The translations under genes were made by a program, and so were the position numbers. Shown in pieces: positions 51,122 through 64,000 of a DNA stretch of 64,000 nucleotides. Positions within the stretch are counted from its first letter, which is position 1. Each line of letters opens with the position of its first letter. The notes beneath the pieces were generated by a model. It worked only from the letters and a program-made list of their open reading frames with translations, searched no databases and was not told the origin of the DNA. Source of the DNA: Lobosporangium transversale (lineage: Eukaryota); the NCBI RefSeq assembly GCF_002105155.1, contig NW_019029000.1:1-64000 (forward strand), written 5' to 3'.

Positions 51122-52599
51122 GTGCGAATCGTGTCGTGCGTCATTGAGATCCAATACGCTTTTGTGTCTTCACCACCTCATACAACGATTTCTCCTTCGA
51201 TGCTCCTTTTTACTTCAGTATGAATATCCTTCTGTCCTTCGGGCAAAAGGATCATAATAAAAAAATTTAAAAAAAAGGTGATGGAGCCCAAATGTGGGAG
51301 CTATTTTTGGTCTTTCGGTATCTTCGGTACTCATAACCTTTTTTATTTATTATTTTGTAAAGTCTCAGAAGTTGCATGCATGCATGCACTGTAGAAAACA
51401 AACTGCTCTACCAGCTCGCCTCTCTCTAATCCTCTTCATTCCGTTGAAAACCTTTCAAAACCAGCTTTTTTTATTTTTTTATTTCAAATAATAAAAATAA
51501 AGAATAAACCTTGATCTCGATGATAACTCACGGTTATAAAGTCATATTAACAAAACCTCTGTCGCTCTTTTATGTTGATGATCTGACCCCTGTAAACTGA
51601 TAATAAATATTTGATCCTTTGATCCCAACAGCCTAGAGAGGTTCAACTGTCTTTTCGTACATGCGGGAACATTATAGTTTTCTATTTTCTCTGGTACTCC
51701 GATCATGCGCATTTTTTTTTATACGCATACATACATACACCCTTCAAGTATATCATGAAGGCAATCAAAGACGATGTTCATGAAAATATATACATCACAA
51801 TATCCCGGGATCTGGGAGAAACAGAAGGAAAAGAAAAAAAAAATCAGACGATGTGTGATCCCAAAGGAGTACAGCTTTTCTTGTGAATATTTCAGGTAAC
51901 CCTTGTGGACTTGATCAAACAGAACACGCTTGCTATCACCAATGCTTTTTGGTATTCGCATCATCTGCGTGTTACAGCTTGCAGCAGCTACTGTATGATG
52001 TGAAGGAAGGCTAGGAACAGTCTGTTATACGTCCAAGAGATGACTTGCTGGGATCCGTAGGAACATTATACTTCATACCAACACTTATAAATGACTCCGC
52101 ACAAGGCTGCTTCTTGTTGATCTGCTCAATAGCCTCGCTTAACGTTTCCCGATTGGCCTTACCACGAGGATATTCTCTTGCGATTTCCTAGTTCAATCTT
52201 CATTCTGCTTTTGCTGTTACGGATTGCTATAGGGTTCCTCAAACACTTCATGAACGTCAGCAATACCGGATATTTTTCCCATTAGGCCTTAAGCTAGTTG
52301 TTGCATCTGTCATTTCATAGAGGAGACAAATTATGCTCCATTGGTGTGATCCTCCCTGTCGTAAAAAGTGAAAATATTCTTTGATTTACTTGATTGCTGA
52401 GAGGACCGGATTCTTGTCCTTCCTCATCTTGGATGCAGCTATAGAATGCGAAATATTGTACACATCATCATACATGATAAAATCGCCTAGTGAGGGACTT
52501 CCACCCTCGTACAGAATCTGAGATTAACATTTCATGCACCCACCCTTCCTTTTGTCCTCTCTCTCGTACTCCTTTCTAGTGCTCTGACACTGACAGAAT

Positions 52600-52766
52600 A
52601 TTGTCTGTCTGCCACTCGTTACTTGGGCCAATTGACTTGTACGGACTACGCATCGCCGTGGAATTTGTAAAGATGCAGATCTGATACTGCTGCCTCTTTT
52701 CTTTTTTAAAGAATCAGGCATAAGGTAGAATTTAGTACAGCTAAATTTCTATAACCATATCACTGG

Positions 52767-52798
<32 letters not shown>

Positions 52799-53900
52799 TT
52801 TGTGGTGTCCATGATATATTGGTCTACCTCATATACCTCTTCACTGGAAGCACCAATAGCTTGAGTGACTATTTTAAGTTGGCTTGGGGCATAGTTACGA
52901 GCTAGTTTCGGGTTAAGTGGCGTCTGGCAGAGTGTAAGCACCATTTTCGGTATGAGTTATAGGCTTTGTATAAACCTTGGTATTTGGGTATAAGTTTACC
53001 CGTTGTGGCAATTCTTCCTTCGCCATGACAAACTCTCCAGGTAGAAAAAGAAGGATTGTAGATATCCTATTGAGCTACTCGATCTTTTTTTTTTTTTTTT
53101 TTTTTTTTTTGCATATCAGCACTCACTCTTATCAGCAACAGCAGAGAAAGCTAATTCAGTTAAATGTCCCAATTTGTTCAGTAGTCCTCCGTCAGACAGG
53201 AGATACGACTCAGCAGAGGGAAAAGACTGCTAGTCGCGCAAAGGAGTGTCCATAGAATAATGACAATAGTATGGGATGATGTAAACTCGCGACTCTAGTG
53301 TCCGTTTGAAGCTGTATCATCATCATCGGAAGGTCAGTGTCTCAATAGCCTTGTTTAGCTTCGAGCTGCTTCTGGAGGATGTCTTTAAACGTGCGGACGA
53401 AATCTCTCTGCTATACCATTCGAGCGTGAATGATAGGGGCTTGAGAGTCTGTACTCTAGCTGTGACTTTTGCGTCATAGGTCATGAAACATCATTGAAAA
53501 ATTCAGTGCTACTACCATGTTAGATAATCTTAGGGAATCCAATAAAACAGAGTAACTTGCGCTTGCAGCCGTAACGACTCCTTTATCAGACAAAGGTTCC
53601 AAGGATACAAATCTTGTGCAGATATCAAACGCTGCTAAAGCGTAGTTATTGCATTGAGCACTGGTTTCAAAGGGAACCAAAGTCAGATGCTATATGTTCT
53701 CCTAGAAGTCTGACATGTATGGTAGTTAAAAGATGATACCCTTTTCTTGATGTTAAATATTTTGTATGGCCCACATTTGCTAATTCGTTTGAGCCAGTCG
53801 TCCCTCAATTTAGGTCAAGTAAAGCCCTTGGCATGTATATCTGTAGCCATTGTATCACCTTACACCAGGTTGTCCAAATTCATGTGCTAAGGGGGAAGTA
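52600..53900 (-). mobile_element. Decayed Ty3/Gypsy LTR retrotransposon pol fragment (integrase, probable chromodomain)
   Basis: Frameshifted KRKGYHLL..., PFETSAQCNNYALAAFDICTRFVSLEPLSDK, PYHSRSNGIAERF (integrase YHPxxNGxxER), RNYAPSQLK, EEVYEVD. No LTRs recognised. Confidence 0.8.
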
Positions 53901-55118
53901 TTGATGCTTTTTTCATTAGCGTGCTGAATGATTTGCCTCCAATCGAAGCTGAGGAGTGTTGGGTGCGGTTATGATAATAACCAGGAGATTAGAAGGCAGC
54001 AACAGTGAATCAGATGACTACGGAGCTGAATGAGCTTTTTTTCGGTAGTCTCTACTCCAGTTGTGACTTGTCATTCTTGAGGAAACTTCCGGAATTCTTC
54101 AGGAAATGCGCGGGATAATGGATAAAGACATTCAAAATCACAATAGAGCAAAGTGGCCTTTCCAGTTCAGGATTTTTTGTGGCAACTCTTCCTGTTCATT
54201 GCCTTGCTTCAACAAGCCTTGGGAAGTATCCTCATGGAAGGCAAAGCCCACAATTGTTGGAACGTGGAGGGAGAGAGGGAAACTACAAGTCCAAAAGTTA
54301 AAGAACCTTGAGGGTCAATGGCAGTTTTGCAAATAAAAACTTTAGCTGTTGTCGCTGGCAACATGGAACTCTAAGATTATTTCCCACTGCCAAGTCCCTG
54401 AAATCCTTGATACTGAAGATCTAAAGGATCTAACATTCGTTATCTACAAGCTTGAGCTGAGGGAGAGACAGTGGTTTGGTGCTGGTAAGGTAAACATTGT
54501 TAATTTTCTATGTTAACATCGACGTTTTAATTGCGGCAGTTTTTTTTTTTTTTTTTATTTTTATTTTTTTTTATTTTGGCTATTTACGCAAAAGACTCTC
54601 AAGGGGGCTGGTGGCCTTGCTCTTAAGTTGTAGCTCTTACTTTGAGGATATGCCATTTTACAAACGGCATGCACGCGAGCGAAAAAGGAGGGAGGGAATT
54701 AATTCGTGCACGGACCATGCTCGCGTCTCCTTGCGAAAAAAAAAAAAAAAAAGAAAAAAAAAATTATAGTCATATTAATAATATGCAGATAAGCTAATAG
54801 AAAAATACTTGTTAACATTGCTTTAATGCTTTTTAGTTTACTGGGGAAGTATTGGAATATTGAAGATGTCTTCTTTCTCTGGCAAAAAAAAAAAAGAGGA
54901 ACCCTCTGCTAATTTATTATCTGAAGTTTTGTAACAGTGGTTCCAGAAAGGTAGGTGTGATTGCTGCGGTAGCCACGTGATAACTGAACAGAAGCTGCGG
55001 GGGTGGAGTCATTCATTCATTCATTCATTCGTTCATTGTTCATTCCGTTTGTTCTTTCCTCTTTTTTTCCTTTTCTTTTCTTTTCTCACTTGTTTCTTCA
55101 ATTTCTTCTTTTTCGACG

Positions 55119-55308
55119 ATGAGTTCCCGTACAACGACTGTTCGTCCTACACGAACCACTACAAAAGCCGATCAAAACCAATCGACTTCACAACAACAGG
55201 AATCAACTCCACCTCCATCTCAAGACCGTTGTGCTCATTGTAAAAAGTTTTTGCCTGCTGTCAAAGCAGAATGTCGTTATTGTCATTTAATCTTTTGTAT
55301 GGAACACA

Positions 55309-55343
<35 letters not shown>

Positions 55344-55896
55344 AAATATTATTACTTGTTAATCTTTTTAATAATTATAATAATTACAATTGTAATTTCT
55401 AATTTCTAATTTCTATTGTCTATTGTCTATTGCCTAATTTCTAATGTCTAACGATTGTTTTAGACATCCAGAAACTCACTCCACCGGATGTGCTCAAAAA
55501 GCTCGAGAACAAACTCGACAACAATTTCAACGCGATTCAGGACACATTCTCGCTGCAGAAGCTCATGATCGTGGCTCGACTCATCGTCCTGGTTGGAATA
55601 TCGAAGCTTCTCGTCAAGAATTACATCAACGTCTAAATCAACGTGTTCAAACCCTTAAAGAATCTTCGGGACGATCTGGATCTGGATCTTCTTCTTCCAA
55701 CTCTAACACAGGAGCATCATCTAATACAAGTGGCACTGGAAGCTCAAAGAAAGGAAAAGGGTCTTCAGCAAAGAAATCCAATAACAAACCAAAGACTTGG
55801 GGATCAGGTGGTGTTCGGTTGGGAGGCGTACCTGGCTCTGGAGCCGGGGCTGGGACTGGAACTGGAACTGGAACTGGAACTGGAAGTGGAGCTTGA
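55119..55896 (+). CDS. AN1-type zinc finger protein, exons 55119-55309 and 55464-55896
   Basis: CAHCKK...CRYCHLIFCMEHR|HPETH..C motif across a GT-AG intron; Gly/Ser/Thr-rich tail with a GGVRLGG motif and (GGAACT)n repeat. Confidence 0.88.
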
Positions 55897-56280
55897 GGAT
55901 CATCAAGAGATGGAAAACAGGCTCAATAACTTGAGCTTCACTTTAAGCCTTTTTGATTAGCTTTCCAATCATGTATACGTATATACCCATAGTTGAACCA
56001 TTAAACTTTTGTATTGACTAAATTACGATACATCGCCAATTTGTTTATTAAGTATTGTTTTTTTTATAAATGTGCCTCTTTTTTTCTCTTTCTTTGTTGT
56101 TTTTGTTACTATTGTTGTTAGTGGTGTTTGTACATGAATTAAGTGTCCCAAATAGATATTTTTGAAAGAAAAAGAAAAAAGAAGAAAAAAAAAAAAAAAA
56201 AAAGAATAAAAAGCTAAATCTGCAAGAAAGTTAATATGATCAGAAAACCCTAAAAGACTCCATCTTCTCAAATATTGTCA

Positions 56281-57862
56281 CTACCGGTGGCGGACAGGGA
56301 TAGGTGCAGAGTGGAAGCGTCGGTCATCCACAGAGGGCGAGATATGGTGACCATTTCCATTGCTGTGATAGGATGACTGCTGACTGTGATATCCTCCATG
56401 GGATCCTTGTGGTGAAGGTAGGTTCTGGTAATATGATGAAGAAGAGGGTGAAGATGAAAAGCGGTGGTGGCCAGACTGGGGAGAGTGCTGTGACGAAGAT
56501 GAGGGCTGTTGTTGACGATGATCCAAGTTTGAGAAGCTCGAGTATGATTGCGTGAATGGGCCGGGACTGCCTCTAGAAGAGTTAGAGAATGATCCAGAAT
56601 GCGAGTGTTGATGTTGAGGATGGTGCGAGGGTCCTTCACTATAGCCGCGATTATGCGTTGGCTCATATCCATGATGACCATTGGATGGGGATGACGATGA
56701 CAAAGGTGCACGATTGTAATCCTGTGAAAGCTGTTGACGATGATGCGATGACTGATGAAGGGAGCTAGAGAAGCGATCGCCGTTCGAGTGATGAGCAAAT
56801 GAAAGCGAGGGCTGAGGCTGATGTGATCCATGGGAAGGAAGCGAAGGCAATGAGGAGGACATCGTTACATCCATTGGTTCTGATTTCGGACTTGAACTGT
56901 CTGTACGACCATTATTGTTAGGGTTGGTGTTGTTGGTGTTGTGGCCGTTCGAATGGGGTTCCCAACGCAAAGGTCTTGACTGAGATGAATGCATATGGAA
57001 GTGGGAGGGTAAAGACGAAGACATTTCGTGTTGGCCGTTCTCTGAATAATAGTGCTGATGGCCTGGACTACCTTGTGGGTAGTGATGATATCCATTAGCC
57101 CCGCTATGGTCGCCACTGTAGCTGTGATGGTGCATATGGCGAGGAAGATTAGCTCCGTCTCCAGTATAAGAGGAAGAATGAAAGTTGGGTGGTGAAGGTC
57201 GCTGAAAGGAATTAGGCGAGCCAGCGCCATAATACTTTGAGGCTGCTGGACCAACCGAGCGTGAGCCATGAGGTGATGTGCCATAGCGATCCTGGGTTAG
57301 GTGAGGCATAAATCCATTTGTATGACCATGACCAGTAGGACTTGGTGAAGGTGGTGACGAGTTTGAGACAGAATGCGACTGTGATCTCTGCAGATGAGGA
57401 CGGTTAGGAGGAATAGGGACTTTGCCATTGTAGTTGAGTGATTCCAGCACTCCTGCTGCGGCCAACTGTTCCCTGTTTTCACTATTGTTGGATAGGGGTG
57501 TGAAGGAAGGAAAAAAAAAGGAAATAATATAGTGGGTTTAGTGTGATTGATTGATGGACGGTAACAGATGAATTCTAACGATTTACTGGATTTGGATACA
57601 ATCATAACTAGAACAAAATAAAATAAAAAAAAAAGTTTGTTTTTGTTTTGTGGACTTACCTAATAAAGCTCTTAATGTCAGGCTCGTGACCCTTCTGATG
57701 TCGAGTCAATGTAGTGCGTCGAGTGAATGTTTTGCCACAGCCTGGATGCTCGCATACATATGGTCGCTTACCAGTATGTGTTCTTCGATGGCGGGCCAGG
57801 GATGAGGACTACGTCAGTTATCATTAGAAATAAAAAGGCCCAATAGTTAGACATCTAATAAT

Positions 57863-57898
<36 letters not shown>

Positions 57899-59481
57899 AT
57901 TCGCTAACGTCTTTATGGTGTGTGCATGTTTCGTCATTATTTTCAGCCAGTGGAAGAAGGTCGAGTCGCACTCTGAATCCAGAAAGTCAGAAAGTTGCTC
58001 ATATGAACACCGCTTTGTGTGGTGTCTGCGCACAAGCAACAAAAAAAAAGGAAATCAGGGGTTTGTGCTTCTCTTTGTTTTCCCTCCACCCACGAAGCAT
58101 GGCTCCATTTTCTGTGCCTTTGTGTTTCTGTTTAGCAATCTTGTGTTCAAAAACATAAAAAGCGATGTTCTTTTTTTTTTTTTTTTTTTTTTTGGGTCCT
58201 TGCTGCAACGCGTGTTGAATGGGATCTTTGTTGGTTGTGGTTAAACAAAGACGGCTACCAAAGCACATGTGTGTTTTGAACGTGCGCACAAGATATGTGT
58301 GACGAAGTATGTCAAGAAAAATGTGCAAAACAGCATTGGAAGAAAAGGAAAAATGCCAAGAGGTGATCCCTTTCACGATACAAAAGGCAAGTATACAGTA
58401 AACAATACAGCACAAACATAAAGTATTTGACTTACATCGCTAAAAGATTTCTGGCAGGATTCGTATTCACAGACATGAGGACGTTCTCCAGTATGAGTAC
58501 GATAGTGGACGGTAAGAGCAGAACGTTGAATAAATTGCTTTCCACAGCCAGCCCAGTCACATTGGTAAGGTCTGTAAATGAAAAGTCAAAAGGAGCGAGG
58601 AAAAAAAAAAAAAAGAGAATTTGTTAACATGATGACAACATGTGTTCACAAGTTCCAGAACGCGCCACGGAAGGTAGTAACATCACAAGTGATTTAAAGA
58701 CAACCCTTTTTGGCCCAACCGCAAGTACAAAAAAAAAAAAAAAAAAACGAAGAAGCATGACCCGGAAATGGGGATGGAAAAAAAAAAAAAAAGAAGTGAA
58801 CCACAGTCGTATGCACCGATGTGATCACACACACACTATTTTGACTCCCTATTCATCCATCGTGGTCATTTTTTTAAGCTTTTGTCATTCCTTTAGTCTC
58901 TCAATCTTTCTTTCTTTCTTCCTTTCATTCTCTTTCACCCTCCCCTCCCCTAAAGGAAGAGGATAGAGAAAAGATAAAGCATCAAGGATCACTCCTTCTG
59001 ATCATCTTTTTCTTCTCCTTTGTCGAGCATTAGAGAGAAGAAAAATGAAGAAACAAGAAAAAAAAAAAATCTATATACTTTTTGAGAAAGCCACCAAAAA
59101 GGTGAGCAATCAAATGACCCTGTGGTTCATCTTTTTTTTTTTTTTTTACCTTTCACCAGTGTGGATGCGGCGATGTCGAGCTAGATCAGATCGTCGTGAA
59201 AAGGATTTTGAGCAGTCAGCCCAGGTGCATTCGTATGGACGTTCGGTTGAGACAGTGCCCTCGGCTTCGGAGGAGCTACCGCTTTCTTTGGTATCGTCCA
59301 TATCATTGTCATTTTCATCCTCCTCCACATTGTCGTCCAGATCGATGTCGAGGTCGATATCGACATCATCGCCATTTTCATTCTCATCTCGCTTGCGTTG
59401 CTGCTTTTGTGAATCCTGTGATGATTCTGGCTTGGTTTGCTGGGCCTCGGAGCCTGAGTTGAGCATGCTGCGAATATCCAT
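56281..59481 (-). CDS. C2H2 zinc-finger transcription factor (4 fingers), exons approx. 59481-59150, 58570-58435, 57809-57660, 57483-56281
   Basis: [117 protein letters not shown], followed by a His/Ser/Pro-rich tail. Confidence 0.93.
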
Positions 59482-59855
59482 GCGGGCCAAGTAAAAGAAT
59501 GACGCTGAGAAGAAGAAGGAGAAAAAAAAAAAAAAAAAAAAAGGAGAGAAGGATTGCCCGAGGAAAAAGGAGGGAAAAAAATAAAAAAAAAAAAAAGGGA
59601 CAGGTGGCAAATCAGACTAATCAGGCTTTTATAATTTTTTTTTTTTTTTGCTGGCTCAAGACAATAATAAAATAAAATTGAAAGAATATGTGCACGGGAC
59701 AAGAGAAATTTTTTTTATATTATAAATGTATAAATGTGTGATAGATTCAAAGTCGAGCCACACAGTGATTACACCGAACCACAAAGACTGATGCAGACTT
59801 GATGAATCTGAATCAGTGACTGAATCAAAAGAATGAGTGAATTAATGAATAATCG

Positions 59856-59962
59856 AATATGAATATGAATGTAGTTGTAGTTGTAGTTGTAAATGTGAAT
59901 GTGAATGTGTGTAAATGTAAATGTAAAAGTAAAAGTAAAAGTAAAAGTAAAAGTGAATATGA
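59856..59962. repeat. Compound hexanucleotide microsatellite
   Basis: Successive blocks of gaatat, gtagtt, gtgaat, gtaaat and gtaaaa units. Confidence 0.8.
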
Positions 59963-60589
59963 AAGAAAGTGATGGGTGAATCAGGAAGAAGAGATTTGAT
60001 TAGTGTAAGGGCTGTAAGGGATGGATGATTCTGATTCAGATTTAGAAACAGAAAAGGAAAGAGAGAGAGAAAGGGAAGGGGAAAGGGAAGAAGAAAAGAA
60101 AGAAGAAAGACAAAATGACGGCTTGAAGGAAAGGAGGAGGGGTGGTGACTTTAAGGTGCGATGAAGTACAGTAAAAGAGAAAAAGAGGGGTGGTCAGTGG
60201 TAGTGGTAGTTTGTGGCAGTGGAGAATGAATGAATGAATGAATGAATAGCAAGTAAGTATATAAGGGTGAGGCTGGGCTATGACAGCAAGGTTGTTGTGT
60301 GTGTGCGTTTAAGGAAATGGGAGGGAGAAGGTTAAAAAAACGTGGTGATGGAAAGACGCACAAACTGTGTGTGCGTGTATGTGTAGTATAAATCTGTATG
60401 TGTGAGTTGTGTTGTGTGAGTGTGAGAGAACGGAGAGAGCACGAGCAACAATGACATGAATATAAAAATACTATTCAATCCATCATTCTTTTATTTATAT
60501 ACAAATGAATATACTTATGTATATATTATATTATATATATATATATATATATATACATAAATGTAGAATATTGTATCTATTGACTTGAG

Positions 60590-60624
<35 letters not shown>

Positions 60625-60660
60625 ATACACTTTGAACACATTCACACAGCCTGGTCGGTT

Positions 60661-60693
<33 letters not shown>

Positions 60694-60809
60694 CCTCGTC
60701 TTTGTGGATCAAGTGGAGAGAGCATACTGATATTCCCTCAACAAGCTCAAGCAGACCAGGGAAAAAATAAATGGTTGAATCTTTTTTTTTTTTTTTTTTT
60801 TTTTTTTTT

Positions 60810-60866
60810 CAAATCAAAATCAAATCAAATCAAATCAAATCAAATGCCTAATCAAATGCCTAATCA
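60810..60866. repeat. (CAAAT)n pentanucleotide microsatellite
   Basis: Directly visible. Confidence 0.8.
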
Positions 60867-62521
60867 GAATGAATCCATTCAAAACCAGAGGAAATGGAAT
60901 CAGATGAACCAAAGTAACTGAGTTTGTCTCCAGAGAGAAAGAGTGTGTGGGATTCAAGCCTGTTTAGGACACCATCCAGCAAGTTATTATACCCAATAGC
61001 TATTAGCTGTATGTATATGACAAACAACATATTTAACCAGAGTATTCAATCCTATTAAATGCACGCCTGCTTTAATATTTGTTTGTCAGTGGAAGTTTTG
61101 TCCGACACATAAAAAAAAAAAAAAAAAGACTGTGAGCAAGAGCATGAGTAAGAGCATGCACCAAGGGAGAGGCAGCACACCTTAGCCAGCGAATCCCAAC
61201 GTGGCAAGAGCTACTTGTATCGAACTACATCTCTCTCTCTCTTTATCTCGATTTGTTGGCTGATTGATTGTTTGTTGATCAAGAGCATAAAAGGGACCAA
61301 GCGTTTTCTTTACTTCTTCATTAACATCTCCCTCTCCCCTTTCTCATTCTCTCTTCTACAAAAGACCAACCATTCGCACCACGTCTAATTATCCAACAAT
61401 AAAAGATTAATTTGGGTCCAATTTTTAATAATTAGAAAGTCATTTTCATTTACATGCAACTTTTATTAAAAACCCTAAAAAAAAATATCCTACTAAAATT
61501 AAGACATCCCACCTTCCTGTTATCCTTGTCATCATCAGCATCGCTCATCATTTCCTTATAGATCCTTTTCAAGACTTGGAGGGTCCTTTTATCTCTGAGG
61601 AACATTATTTTATTGACATTGAAGTTGGTTGTTTTTGAGGTACTACGCTGGGACCAGCTACGGCAGTAGCTTAAAATATCCATGTAGCTCATTCTGTTTA
61701 GGATCGTGATCCCATTTAGTATATATATTTATATTTATATTTATATTTATATTTACAATGTACATGTATATCTTGTAGGTAAAAAGATCAGCCAGCAAAA
61801 TGATTCAATAGTTCAAAGGAGTATGTATGCAAAATGTATATAGTACATGTATGCCGGTCGCGACCCAACTGAACCGGGACAATATATATATATATATATA
61901 TATGCATAGTCCATGATTTTTAGAATTAAAAAACCTGGCTCAGACGCACGACTTTTTTGGTACATGTATACTCCAGTGATTGATTGCAGCAACTGTAAAC
62001 AATCTGCAATGGAACGAACCAAATTGATCGCTTGGCTGGTTCCTGGATTGGCACAAAAATAATAAAACAATGTTGCTGACAAAACACTAAAACACACGAC
62101 GTATGTAATAATTATAAAGAAGGAAAAAGAAAAGACCCCCCCTCAAGTCCCTCAATTCCCTGCTCATCCATCTCTCGCCTTTTAGGTGACCTGTGCACTT
62201 CATTTAGGAAAAATATGAAAAATAAATATGGTGGCTCATATCGATTATGGCCAGATCAATCTTTAATCAAATACCGTATTAATATAATATATATATTTAT
62301 ATATGACATACATCCATCAATAAAGATGGTGACCATGTTGCATTAAAAAAAAAAAAAAAAAAAAAGTCAATTGCAAGAACTCGGAAGCACAAATCATTAA
62401 TACATGTACACATGTATATAATATGACGATTTAAATGAGCTCTAGTTTATTAAAGCCTCACAATGCATCACACTTCTATTCTTTCTTTCAGTCTAAGTCT
62501 AGAGTGAATTAATACAAACGC

Positions 62522-62554
<33 letters not shown>

Positions 62555-63035
62555 GATCAAAATACAGGGAATGCAGAGAGATTGCGTAAAAAGATAGGAG
62601 GTTAAAGAGAAGAGGATCAACCTTCGATTTTAAAAAGAAACCCATAGCCTGTACATACTCAGCATCATTTCTCACGATTATTTTTTTTTTTATTTTATTT
62701 TTTATTTTTCCGACTGATGAGATGCCCGAAATTGAAGAGATGACGGGAGGGCACAGTTGGAGAGAGGTATCACGAATGATCTTGCAAATAAACAGGTATG
62801 CATAGTCATATCAGAGATTGCTATATAAATATATTTCATGTTCCCTTGTTCTTGGTTCATCTCTATCTTTCTCAATCTGACCACTGCCTTTGCATCATGC
62901 ACATTCGATTATACTTTAGAACAAGGTCATTGGATTATTCCCCTTGTCCTCTATCATCTCATTGGCAAAGTCATCCAAGAATTAAAAGAAAAAAAATAAA
63001 AAAAATAAAAAAATAAATCATACCCATCATGATCA

Positions 63036-63066
<31 letters not shown>

Positions 63067-63962
63067 TCCAGTAAATCCTATGCTGCATATGCATGCACAA
63101 TTGTTGTTGGTGCACAAAAATATTTGATACTGACTTGGCTCGTTTGGTGTTGATGATGGTCCGAGAGGGATGGGATAATGGTCTGTTTGACCTCGTGCTC
63201 AATTTTCTGCTTTCTCTTTTTCATGCGTCCTCTTCCCCCCTTCCTTCGCAGAATCTTTTTGCCTTGTCAATTAGGACCAAACCAACAATAAGAAAAACAA
63301 ATAACTGATGATCTTCTTTCCTTTCCAATTTCATGAGCAAAAAAAAGAGAGACACAATAATAAAGTAAAGCAAGTTGTAGGGGTACAGAGGATCTTGGGC
63401 TTGGGCCACTTTTTTTTTTTTTTTTTTTTTTTTTTTCTTTCTTGCATTTACGGAAAGGAAAAGCCAATAGTCCAAGCCATGTATTAATGTTATCGCTTAT
63501 GAAATATCCCTTGCCAATATTGACAATACAGGATTTTACATGTCCATCTTGATATTGGATAATGTCAGGAACCGTTTTACAAAAAACAAACAAAAGATTA
63601 TGGATTCTCTTGATGCTATTGATAAACACCTTAGTGATTTGTTATACCTATAGTTTTGTAGCACAGGGCCCTTCAAGCATGGAACAAGTCAATAGACTTT
63701 TTTTTTTTTTTTTTTTTTTCCTTGCTGTTGGATAATAAAATGAAACATCATGAACAAAAAAAGAGTTCCCCTTCCCCTGAGGTACAAATCAGAACGATCA
63801 CCAAGGGAATTTTATTTCAGCATCGGATGTCCGGATCTTTGCTTACCGAGAAACCAGAAATTTTGCGGGGAATACAGAGGACCATGCACATGCACGCTCC
63901 ACTATTTTTTTGGCTGGTGCATGGAAAACAAAAAAAAAAAAAGCTGCTATAATAAATTATAC

Positions 63963-63993
<31 letters not shown>

Positions 63994-64000
63994 CGTAATT

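Noticed and set aside
51600..52500. Coding-like decayed sequence next to the Gypsy relic
   Set aside because: Could be another element fragment, but no diagnostic motif was identifiable by eye.

Overview
Eukaryotic, intron-rich fungal DNA. GT-AG introns, long poly-A/T tracts and Crinkler genes suggest an early-diverging Mucoromycota/Mortierellaceae-type genome (inference). Two blocks of ordinary genes flank an accessory island. The left block (2.7-11.3 kb) holds cysteine synthase, MOG1, a TAF3-like histone-fold+PHD gene and cytochrome c heme lyase. The right block (33-59.5 kb) holds a PUF protein, GTP cyclohydrolase I, a Ser-rich protein, a small membrane protein, a DUF3844 protein, a Kelch membrane protein, an AN1 zinc finger, a 4xC2H2 transcription factor, a TA-flanked MITE and a decayed Ty3/Gypsy pol. 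The ~20 kb island (11.8-32.1 kb) is the most unusual part. It carries a family of very divergent, small (108-130 aa), probably single OB-fold genes: three intact, at least one relic, with two of the intact genes sharing an intron position. These surround an intact Crinkler (CRN) NTPase+nuclease gene that lies between two near-identical 3.4 kb direct repeats, each built from relics of two different CRN families. Exon boundaries were read by eye and no database searches were possible.
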